This document shows positions 9,183-18,505 of a stretch of 51,515 nucleotides of DNA, piece by piece; position 1 is the first letter of the stretch; each line of letters begins with the position of its first letter. The notes beneath the pieces were generated by a model. It did not search any database. It worked only from the letters and a program-made list of their open reading frames with translations, and had not been told where the DNA came from. This DNA comes from a virus (lineage: Duplodnaviria; Heunggongvirae; Uroviricota; Caudoviricetes): IMG/VR virus record IMGVR_UViG_2681813321_000027. The stretch is one strand, 5' to 3'. A program made the position numbers and the translations under genes.

Positions 9183-9188
9183 CACAAC

Positions 9189-9210
9189 ATCAGGGCGCAT
9201 CCGCCCTGAT
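9189..9210 (+). other. perfect hairpin between parR and zbd gene
   Basis: atcagggcg-catc-cgccctgat, 9-bp stem, 7 nt after parR stop; no strong T-run. Confidence 0.3.
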
Positions 9211-9245
9211 GACTTTAACCCGGGAGCATAAACAAGGGGGACACA

Positions 9246-9578
9246 ATGCAATACATTGACAGAGAAAAAGCGCAGCGACTGATTGAGCGGATGGAAGCGC
9301 TGGCGAAAGAAGAAAATGTCAACATCCAAAAAATAGCTGAATGTGGCCAGATAGTTCTTCGTCGTGAAAAAGACCTCAAACAACTGATGTCTGGCGAAAC
9401 CAGCAAAACATGGACTTCAGGCGAGAAGACGGTTTATTGCAGTTTCTGCAATAAATCCCAGTACGAAGTCACAAAGGTGATTGCCGGACCGTCTGTTTAC
9501 ATCTGCAATGAGTGTGTGGATTTGTGCAATGAAATTATCAGGAAAGAAGTGACAGACAAAAAGGAAAAAAACGCATGA
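9246..9578 (+). CDS. standalone ClpX zinc-binding-domain (C4 zinc finger) homolog
   Basis: 110 aa; C-terminal [38 protein letters not shown] closely matches the ClpX N-terminal ZBD (CxxC...CxxC); no AAA+ module. Confidence 0.75.
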   Translation: MQYIDREKAQRLIERMEALAKEENVNIQKIAECGQIVLRREKDLKQLMSGETSKTWTSGEKTVYCSFCNKSQYEVTKVIAGPSVYICNECVDLCNEIIRKEVTDKKEKNA

Positions 9579-9982
9579 ACAGAAAACAGAAACAAGAGTT
9601 GAAATACTTCTTACGTAAAGAAATTGCCAGGCTTGAAGATGCAGAGTCACAATCATCAGAAATTCCGTTCGGAATGGATATCAACGACGCCCGTATGCTT
9701 CAGGCATACCGTATAGCTCAGGCTGCACTACAGACAAAACCGTTAAATAACATACATGAAAAGTATGATTATTTTACGGATACCGCTTGCTTGCTGACAT
9801 CTGAAGAACAAAAGATAGCCCAACTTTTAGGCGACGCATGGAACCTGTATTTAACATTGCCAGTTGAGCATCCAATGGGTAGAGATGAATTTTGCCGGGC
9901 AATTCATCATTGCCAAAATATGGTGTTGGCACGCCCGGCCATCAGGGCGCTGGCCAGGAAGGGGCAAGGCTATAAAAGATAA
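9575..9982 (+). CDS. hypothetical protein co-translated with zbd
   Basis: 135 aa; ATGA overlap with zbd stop; no recognised domain. Confidence 0.55.
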   Translation: MNRKQKQELKYFLRKEIARLEDAESQSSEIPFGMDINDARMLQAYRIAQAALQTKPLNNIHEKYDYFTDTACLLTSEEQKIAQLLGDAWNLYLTLPVEHPMGRDEFCRAIHHCQNMVLARPAIRALARKGQGYKR

Positions 9983-9984
9983 GT

Positions 9985-10014
9985 AAAACGCCCTCCTCCA
10001 GGGCGTTTATTTCA
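9985..10014 (+). terminator. intrinsic terminator of the accessory operon
   Basis: aaacgccct-cctcc-agggcgttt followed by atttc; copies at about 16976, 25492, 33377. Confidence 0.6.
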
Positions 10015-10467
10015 ATGCACAATAGTGCACAAATTTGCACAATTTTTTTGAACGACTGTTTACCCTTCCAGCCCGTATAGCGGCTGGATCCGTCAAGGAT
10101 CCGTGCGTGCACAAAAAAACGCGCTTTTTCTGCGCGCAGGTGACGGGGGAACAGCCCGCGTTTCAGGGGGTAAATAGCATTCCCTGAACGATGTCGCAGA
10201 GACACAACAGAATGGCTGTATTTCTCACTCTGAGCGTGAAAAATACGTGAGGGATTCTGATTTGATGGGGTGAAAGGTAAGGCCGTCAAAATCGCACTGA
10301 GGCGGCGAAGAACATGCAGTCAACGCGGTGGGATTGCGTAAGAGTCTGACCGCCGATGATGGCAATAAGCAGAAAAGCGTCGTGAAATTATCTGATTGAT
10401 ACAGGAGCTGGAGAGCCGGGGCATAAATTTTTTATGCCCCGGCGAAGCAGCAGACAAGCGAAGCGCG
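10015..10467. other. cos / packaging region (candidate)
   Basis: 453-bp non-coding region in the P2 cos position next to the Q stop; three tgcacaa direct repeats (10015-10045), 13-bp-stem hairpin 10415-10443, G-rich tract gaggcggcgaagaacatgc at about 10298-10316. Confidence 0.4.
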
Positions 10468-11514
10468 TCAGGATGTGGGCTGGGTATCTAACAGTGCGTA
10501 AGGGTTAAAGCGGATCACCTCTTCGCCAAGCCAGTCATTGATGTGCTTCATGGCCTCCATGACGGGCATCAGCTCGTTAATTGCGTAAACCCGCGCGGCC
10601 TTCTCCACATCACCAAACGCACTTTTTTCACCCGGCATCGCCCCCATAAGTTGCGGCGGAACGCGGTGCGCAGCCAGCACATCATCACGGGATGCCGCCT
10701 TAACATTCATGAACTCATCCTTTGCGGTGATCTGCTGGAACGGCAAAATTTGCACCCCCTCTTTGCCCCCGTTGGGCGCATGAATGAGCACGTTTTTAAA
10801 CGCACCGCCACCACGTGCACCCTGTAGCGTTTCTTTCAGGGAGTCCATGCTTTCGCGGTTTACCTGCGCTGCACCGATGTAGATGATGCACCCGGCGTGG
10901 GATCCGTTGTCGTAATACAGTTTTCTGAACATGTCCGCCGAATGAGACAGGCTGGCCGAGAGTAATGCGCCGAGATATTCCGGCATGCCGTAGATTTCCT
11001 GGTTAATGTCAGGATTCATCAGGTGGCACACTTTGCCAGGGCGAAACTGGAACGCATCCTTGCCATCCTGCACATACCACCATGATTCAAGATCGCTACC
11101 GCGTCGCATGTATTTCGCCAGGGCGTGCCGTAATTTAAGCGGTTCGCCGAGCATATTGCTTCGAAGCTCAAGGAATGCGTTACCGAACACAAACCAGTCC
11201 AGCGCCAGCGCCGAGAAATCCTGCCGGGAAAGCAGCGGGTGCGGGATGTAGCAACCGAGTAATACATTGCGCTTAAAGTAAAGCGCAGACTGATGCCAGG
11301 ACGTTTGCCGGGCAGCTCTTGCCAGACCGTACCAGTCCACCGGGGTTTCATACCACCGCCCGTTATCAGCACAGTACATATTGTCCAGCAGGTCATGCCC
11401 GGTCAGGCGATAAGGACCATCAAATGTGAATGCACTGAGCGACGATTCTTTCCTGAGCGCATCAGCGAGATCAATGCGTGAACTCATGCGCACTTTTTTA
11501 TTTTTTCTGCTCAT
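10468..11514 (-). CDS. Q: portal protein (P2 gpQ family)
   Basis: 348 aa; size and position match P2 Q; ATGA overlap with P. Confidence 0.85.
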   Translation of the reverse strand: MSRKNKKVRMSSRIDLADALRKESSLSAFTFDGPYRLTGHDLLDNMYCADNGRWYETPVDWYGLARAARQTSWHQSALYFKRNVLLGCYIPHPLLSRQDFSALALDWFVFGNAFLELRSNMLGEPLKLRHALAKYMRRGSDLESWWYVQDGKDAFQFRPGKVCHLMNPDINQEIYGMPEYLGALLSASLSHSADMFRKLYYDNGSHAGCIIYIGAAQVNRESMDSLKETLQGARGGGAFKNVLIHAPNGGKEGVQILPFQQITAKDEFMNVKAASRDDVLAAHRVPPQLMGAMPGEKSAFGDVEKAARVYAINELMPVMEAMKHINDWLGEEVIRFNPYALLDTQPTS

Positions 11515-13229
11515 CAGAACTCCATAACCGTGAAACGCTCGTTTTCTCCTTCGCCGCCAATCGGTTCGTTAATGACAGCAAGCATGGTTGCCCACGCAAG
11601 GTCGCCGTGGCTGATCCCCCTCGCGCGGTCCGTTTCGTAAGTGATAAAGCCGCCCGGTGTTTTCACCTTACGCACGGCGTTAAAGGCCGCGACCAGCTCG
11701 CGTTCGGCGCGATCGTATTCCCACCGCCCGGCACGCATTATTTGCAGCATTTTCAGTACCAGCGACCGTTTTGATGACAGCGTGAAGGTGTACGGAATAG
11801 CAGCAGGGAAAAACCGTTTCACTATCTGATAAACAGCCTCCCCGTTCCCGCCCGTCACATCAATGCCGATGTGTTCCACGTTGTAGCGATACGTGAACTC
11901 TTCAATGACTCTGGCCTGTTCTTCAAACTCCAGCCCCTGAACGCGTCTCGTCTCCACCGTTCGAAAACGGCCACCAGGAACAGCCGGAGGAACCACCACG
12001 GACACAGCGCCGCTGTCGCCGTTGCCACTGCTGCCGTTTGCGTCATACCCAATCCATACCGGACGATTCCCCATCGGGCGGGGAGCAAAAGGTTTCCAGT
12101 CTTTCCAGTCGTCGTATCCGTCAACACCGCAGCCAATCAGGATATTCAGGTTAAATGCCGATTCCCCTTCGCGGACAAACTCACACATATAGAGATTGAG
12201 GAACTCGTCTTCGGTGTTTTCATCACGAATTTCGTCGATATCGGTGTGTTTCCAGCCGTGATTAACCACATCTTCCAGCGTGACAATTTGCCGCCACGTC
12301 CGGTCAGGGCAGATAAGCCCGTTATGCAGCGTTTTCCAGTCCACAGAAAAACGCTGGCGTTTATGCGAGGCCTTTTTCTCGTTCCAGCGGTCGCCGTTCC
12401 AGTAGGCGTATGCCTCGTGCGTTTCGGTGGATGGCGTGGAGAAGTAGGTGCGTCGCAGCCCGCTGAGGGTTGCCATAGCGCCAGCCACCTTGCGCAGTTC
12501 AGCAAAGCGACTGACCCAGAAAAATTCATCAAAATAAAAATTGCCCGTATAGGACTGTGCCGTCGCAGCAGAAGTACCGAGAAAATGCAGTTCTGCGCCG
12601 TTGGAGAGGATGATTTTATCGCCCCCTTTCAGCTCCACATCAACTTCAGCCGCGGCCTTCTGAATAATGCTTTTAAACTGGAACGCCTGACGACGCGACG
12701 CAGACAAAAAAATCTGGTTACGCTGGTAAGGTTGTGCCACATCGTCACGCAGCGCCATCAGCAGTGCTTCCTGTGCAAAATACCAGGTCGCCCCAATCTG
12801 TCGGGATTTCAGGATCATCCTGTTACGTATCCCGGCTTCACTGCAAAGGGTCAGGGAGTCAAACCAGCCCCGCTGATGCCACTCCAGCCTGCTGATGATT
12901 TTTTCCCGCAGTGCGGCAATCTGTTCCGGCGTGAAATGATTTTTGAGTTTTTTCGCCCGGCCTTTCTTTCCTGCGGCCGTCACATCCGGCTGGCCATCAT
13001 GCAGCTTTTTAAGCTGCCGGGTCAGCAGGTCTATTTCCTTAAAGTCACCACCTGTTTTATTCTGTTTTTCAGTAAGCTGGATGAGACGCGCATCGATGGA
13101 CTGCGTGACACGCTGCACGGGTGGCGTTTCATCCCACTGGTCGCGTTTTTTCCACGCATAAATCGTGTTCGGGTTTATTCCCATCAGACGTGATATTTCT
13201 GCGGGCGGATAACCCTGCCAGTAAAGTTG
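11514..13229 (-). pseudogene. P: terminase ATPase subunit gpP, 5'-truncated at junction J1
   Basis: matches full P copies from about residue 13 onward; upstream part of the 605-aa track ORF is antisense A sequence. Confidence 0.7.
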
Positions 13230-13231
13230 AC
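13229..13231. other. junction J1: P 5' region / orphan A / internal A (= 6240)
   Basis: ...gtaaagttg + a + ccgcaaaaaactg...; compared with intact copies at 20220 and 6240. Confidence 0.85.
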
Positions 13232-14821
13232 CGCAAAAAACTGAACCGCGACGGCCTGCGCTGGTATGGCATCCGCACGGTGGAGCCTCACCATGACGGC
13301 ACTGTGCACTGGCATATGATGGTCTTTGCACATCCGGACGAGATTGAAACCATCGTGTCCCACGTCTGCGATATTGCCATTCAGGAGGGCCGCCACGAGC
13401 TGGGCGATGACATAACTCCGCGTTTTAAGGCGGAGTATGTCGACGGCTCAAAAGGCACACCAACCAGCTACATCGCCACCTACATCGGAAAGAACCTGGA
13501 CAGCCGCGCCGTGGATGGCATCGACCCGAAAACGGGCAAGCCACGCGTTGACCACGAAACCGGAAAATCAATGGCCGAGAGCGTGGAGCGCGCCATCGGC
13601 TGGGCGCGCCTTCACCGGGTCCGTCAGTTCCAGTTCTTTGGCATCCCCTCCCGTCAGGTGTGGCGTGAACTGCGCCGCCTTGCCAGCCAGATGGCACGCA
13701 ATCCGGAAGGCCCGCAACGGCTGAAAGATGATGCAATGGATGCGGTACTCGCTGCCGCCGATGCCGGGTGTTTTGCCACCTACATTGAAAAACAGGGTGG
13801 CGTGCTTGTTCCACGCAAGGACTACCTGATTCGCACCGCCTACGACCTCGCAGATGAGCTGAACGATTACGGCGAACAGAGCGTACAGATTTACGGGATC
13901 TGGTCACCACTCATCGGGGAATCCTCCCGTGTGTGCACGCATCCGGATAACTGGAAGCTGGTAAGACGTAAACCAGAACCGGAAGACAACGCCCACGAAA
14001 ATGGTTTTGACCTTCAGGGCGGCCCTGCCGCCCCTTGGACTCGTGGCAATAACTGTCCCCGTGTACAGGAAACGGACGACAACGGGACAGAACAGCCGGA
14101 AGAACGGCCAGCACCGTGGCCGCAGCTCCCTGACGGCGTTGAAGTGAACGAATGGATGCGCTCACTGAAACGGCACGAACGCCGGGCGCTGATGCGTTCG
14201 CTTCGTGACAAACAGGCAAAAAACAGCAGTGATGAAATGCAGAGCTGGACACAGAGCCGCAAACAGCAGCGGCCTTTGCCTGATAACCACGAATTACTCG
14301 CTAAAGAATGGCGGGAGTCTGCTGAATCTCTCGGCCTGCATATCGGTGAACAGCAGATGCAGCACCTGTTACGGGGCGGCAGCCTGTACGTTGACGGCAG
14401 CATCATTGCACCGCAGGGATTTGAAATTGTACGCAAACCGGATACCCGACCGGACAGCCGGATCACGCAGCTCTGGCAGCGCCTGAGCCGTAACCACGGC
14501 GTAAGCAGTACGGAGATCCGCCATAACCCGGTCGCCAGCTATCTGGAACAGCTGGGGGCATCAGACCCCGAAGCCGCCGCACGCCTGGCATCCACACTTC
14601 AGCAGGACCAGAACACCATGAAAACACCCGTTACCGTGCTTTCTGACATGCTGCGCGCCATCCGCGACGCAGAGCACGCACAGAGAATCAGTGAAACCAC
14701 TGAACGCGCCCGCCGCAAAGCAGACCTGCTGCGGGGTAGCCTGACCAGTGGAAACAAAAAACAGACAGAAAAGGGATTCACAAATCCCGTAAATGAGCAA
14801 AAAACGCGCCGCGATATATGA
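13231..14821 (+). pseudogene. A: 3' fragment of A (about residues 412-940), no start
   Basis: identical to 6240-7830. Confidence 0.8.
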
Positions 14822-14897
14822 AGCGCGCATAAAACAGGCAAAAACGGGATTTCAGAATCCCGTAAACGATTAATTAATCAACATAAGGAAAAGCGAC

Positions 14898-15857
14898 ATG
14901 AAAATTTGTATCGATGACGGCTCCACCAACATCAAGCTGGCATGGACTGAGAAGGGCGAACGCCGCAACGCCATCAGCCCAAACAGCTTCAAGTCGGAAT
15001 GGTCTGCGCCGTTCGGTGGCACGCAGCCCGCGAACTACATGCTTGATGGCGTGCGCTATGGTTTTGATCCGGTCAGCGATCGCTTTGTCCAGACGACCGA
15101 CACGCAATACCAGTACAGCGATGTGAATGTCATTGCCATTCATCACGCGCTGGTCAAATCAGGCATCACACCACAGGAAGTGGATGTGGTTGTCACCCTG
15201 CCACTGAGCGAATATTTCGACACAAACGCACAGCCGGACATGGCCAACATCAATCGCAAAAAAGCAAACGTCATGCGCCCGGTGGCGTACCAGAACGGAA
15301 AAGCATTCACTATCCGTAACGTACGGGTTATGCCTGAATCCATTCCGGCTGGTTTTAAAGCACTGGCTGACATGAGTCCGTTTGAATCCCTGCTGATTGT
15401 GGATTTAGGCGGAACCACGCTGGATGTGGCAAAGGTTCAGGGACAACTGGCAGGTATCAGCCAGGTGTTTTGCGATCCACACGTAGGCGTTTCCCTGATG
15501 GCCGATGCCGTACTGTCGGTGATGGCCACTAACGGTATGCGTACCAGTCACCACATCGCCAATACCATTATCGAACATCGCCATGATGAAGCCTGGCTGC
15601 GCCAGCACATCCACAATGACGCGCATTACGCCAGCCTGATGGCGGTTATTCGTGAAAAGGAAGAAACACTGAAACAACGCGTGTTCCGCGCGCTGGCGGG
15701 TTTTTCGGGTTACGGGCGGGTGATGGTTGTCGGTGGCGGGGCGGAGATTGTGGCACCCGCTATCCGCGAAGCCTGCGGAGTTAATGCGACTTTCATCGCG
15801 GACGGGGTGCCACAGTTTGCTCTGGTTAATGGGCTGTACGCAATGGACAAGGAGTAA
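14898..15857 (+). CDS. parM: ParM-like ATPase, copy 2
   Basis: identical protein, offset +6991. Confidence 0.8.
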   Translation: MKICIDDGSTNIKLAWTEKGERRNAISPNSFKSEWSAPFGGTQPANYMLDGVRYGFDPVSDRFVQTTDTQYQYSDVNVIAIHHALVKSGITPQEVDVVVTLPLSEYFDTNAQPDMANINRKKANVMRPVAYQNGKAFTIRNVRVMPESIPAGFKALADMSPFESLLIVDLGGTTLDVAKVQGQLAGISQVFCDPHVGVSLMADAVLSVMATNGMRTSHHIANTIIEHRHDEAWLRQHIHNDAHYASLMAVIREKEETLKQRVFRALAGFSGYGRVMVVGGGAEIVAPAIREACGVNATFIADGVPQFALVNGLYAMDKE

Positions 15858-15861
15858 ACCA

Positions 15862-16173
15862 ATGACGACACCAACCAGACGGATAAGTTTCTATCTGAAG
15901 CCCGCCGCCGTCAAGAACGAAGGCGAAGCATGCGCCTGGCTGGACAGCCTTACACCAGAAGCCCGCAAAAGTGGTCAACGCGTGGCTTTTCTGGCCGGGC
16001 TGGCACTACTGAAAATGAATCCGGCAGAGGCTTACCGACTGGCTGCATGGGCTGATGATGAGGCGTTATCAGTGACACAAACCAGGACAGAACGCCCCGC
16101 GTCACAGCCAGTACCAACCGCACAGATAACCAGTCAGATGGCCGGAAATATCCGGGCGTTATTTCCCGAATAA
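15862..16173 (+). CDS. parR: ParR-like, copy 2
   Basis: offset +6991. Confidence 0.5.
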   Translation: MTTPTRRISFYLKPAAVKNEGEACAWLDSLTPEARKSGQRVAFLAGLALLKMNPAEAYRLAAWADDEALSVTQTRTERPASQPVPTAQITSQMAGNIRALFPE

Positions 16174-16236
16174 CACAACATCAGGGCGCATCCGCCCTGA
16201 TGACTTTAACCCGGGAGCATAAACAAGGGGGACACA

Positions 16237-16569
16237 ATGCAATACATTGACAGAGAAAAAGCGCAGCGACTGATTGAGCGGATGGAAGCGCTGGCGAAAG
16301 AAGAAAATGTCAACATCCAAAAAATAGCTGAATGTGGCCAGATAGTTCTTCGTCGTGAAAAAGACCTCAAACAACTGATGTCTGGCGAAACCAGCAAAAC
16401 ATGGACTTCAGGCGAGAAGACGGTTTATTGCAGTTTCTGCAATAAATCCCAGTACGAAGTCACAAAGGTGATTGCCGGACCGTCTGTTTACATCTGCAAT
16501 GAGTGTGTGGATTTGTGCAATGAAATTATCAGGAAAGAAGTGACAGACAAAAAGGAAAAAAACGCATGA
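16237..16569 (+). CDS. ClpX ZBD homolog, copy 2
   Basis: offset +6991. Confidence 0.7.
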   Translation: MQYIDREKAQRLIERMEALAKEENVNIQKIAECGQIVLRREKDLKQLMSGETSKTWTSGEKTVYCSFCNKSQYEVTKVIAGPSVYICNECVDLCNEIIRKEVTDKKEKNA

Positions 16570-16973
16570 ACAGAAAACAGAAACAAGAGTTGAAATACTT
16601 CTTACGTAAAGAAATTGCCAGGCTTGAAGATGCAGAGTCACAATCATCAGAAATTCCGTTCGGAATGGATATCAACGACGCCCGTATGCTTCAGGCATAC
16701 CGTATAGCTCAGGCTGCACTACAGACAAAACCGTTAAATAACATACATGAAAAGTATGATTATTTTACGGATACCGCTTGCTTGCTGACATCTGAAGAAC
16801 AAAAGATAGCCCAACTTTTAGGCGACGCATGGAACCTGTATTTAACATTGCCAGTTGAGCATCCAATGGGTAGAGATGAATTTTGCCGGGCAATTCATCA
16901 TTGCCAAAATATGGTGTTGGCACGCCCGGCCATCAGGGCGCTGGCCAGGAAGGGGCAAGGCTATAAAAGATAA
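16566..16973 (+). CDS. hypothetical 135-aa protein, copy 2
   Basis: offset +6991. Confidence 0.5.
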   Translation: MNRKQKQELKYFLRKEIARLEDAESQSSEIPFGMDINDARMLQAYRIAQAALQTKPLNNIHEKYDYFTDTACLLTSEEQKIAQLLGDAWNLYLTLPVEHPMGRDEFCRAIHHCQNMVLARPAIRALARKGQGYKR

Positions 16974-17458
16974 GTAAAACGCCCTCCTCCAGGGCGTTTA
17001 TTTCAATGCACAATAGTGCACAAATTTGCACAATTTTTTTGAACGACTGTTTACCCTTCCAGCCCGTATAGCGGCTGGATCCGTCAAGGATCCGTGCGTG
17101 CACAAAAAAACGCGCTTTTTCTGCGCGCAGGTGACGGGGGAACAGCCCGCGTTTCAGGGGGTAAATAGCATTCCCTGAACGATGTCGCAGAGACACAACA
17201 GAATGGCTGTATTTCTCACTCTGAGCGTGAAAAATACGTGAGGGATTCTGATTTGATGGGGTGAAAGGTAAGGCCGTCAAAATCGCACTGAGGCGGCGAA
17301 GAACATGCAGTCAACGCGGTGGGATTGCGTAAGAGTCTGACTGTCGATGATGGCAATCAGCAGGAAAGCGTCGTGAAATTATCTGACTGATACAGGAGCT
17401 GGAGAGTCGGGGCATAAATTTTTTATGCCCCGGCGAAGCAGCAGACAAGCGAAGCGCG

Positions 17459-18505
17459 TCAGGATGTGGGCTGGGTGTCTAACAGTGCGTAAGGGTTAAA
17501 GCGGATCACCTCTTCGCCAAGCCAGTCATTGATGTGCTTCATGGCCTCCATGACGGGCATCAGCTCGTTAATTGCGTAAACCCGCGCGGCCTTCTCCACA
17601 TCACCAAACGCACTTTTTTCACCCGGCATCGCCCCCATAAGTTGCGGCGGAACGCGGTGCGCAGCCAGCACATCATCACGGGATGCCGCCTTAACATTCA
17701 TGAACTCATCCTTTGCGGTGATCTGCTGGAACGGCAAAATTTGCACCCCCTCTTTGCCCCCGTTGGGCGCATGAATGAGCACGTTTTTAAACGCACCGCC
17801 ACCACGTGCACCCTGTAGCGTTTCTTTCAGGGAGTCCATGCTTTCGCGGTTTACCTGCGCTGCACCGATGTAGATGATGCACCCGGCGTGGGATCCGTTG
17901 TCGTAATACAGTTTTCTGAACATGTCCGCCGAATGAGACAGGCTGGCCGAGAGTAATGCGCCGAGATATTCCGGCATGCCGTAGATTTCCTGGTTAATGT
18001 CAGGATTCATCAGGTGGCACACTTTGCCAGGGCGAAACTGGAACGCATCCTTGCCATCCTGCACATACCACCATGATTCAAGATCGCTACCGCGTCGCAT
18101 GTATTTCGCCAGGGCGTGCCGTAATTTAAGCGGTTCGCCGAGCATATTGCTTCGAAGCTCAAGGAATGCGTTACCGAACACAAACCAGTCCAGCGCCAGC
18201 GCCGAGAAATCCTGCCGGGAAAGCAGCGGGTGCGGGATGTAGCAACCGAGTAATACATTGCGCTTAAAGTAAAGCGCAGACTGATGCCAGGACGTTTGCC
18301 GGGCAGCTCTTGCCAGACCGTACCAGTCCACCGGGGTTTCATACCACCGCCCGTTATCAGCACAGTACATATTGTCCAGCAGGTCATGCCCGGTCAGGCG
18401 ATAAGGACCATCAAATGTGAATGCACTGAGCGACGATTCTTTCCTGAGCGCATCAGCGAGATCAATGCGTGAACTCATGCGCACTTTTTTATTTTTTCTG
18501 CTCAT
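17459..18505 (-). CDS. Q: portal gpQ, copy 2
   Basis: identical protein. Confidence 0.85.
   Translation of the reverse strand: MSRKNKKVRMSSRIDLADALRKESSLSAFTFDGPYRLTGHDLLDNMYCADNGRWYETPVDWYGLARAARQTSWHQSALYFKRNVLLGCYIPHPLLSRQDFSALALDWFVFGNAFLELRSNMLGEPLKLRHALAKYMRRGSDLESWWYVQDGKDAFQFRPGKVCHLMNPDINQEIYGMPEYLGALLSASLSHSADMFRKLYYDNGSHAGCIIYIGAAQVNRESMDSLKETLQGARGGGAFKNVLIHAPNGGKEGVQILPFQQITAKDEFMNVKAASRDDVLAAHRVPPQLMGAMPGEKSAFGDVEKAARVYAINELMPVMEAMKHINDWLGEEVIRFNPYALLDTQPTS

Noticed and set aside
11871-13193. 440-aa plus-strand ORF (and copies at 18862, 27378, 35263)
   Set aside because: Entirely antisense to the conserved terminase gene P; a long open frame in GC-rich antisense sequence, with no RBS context. 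Treated as spurious.
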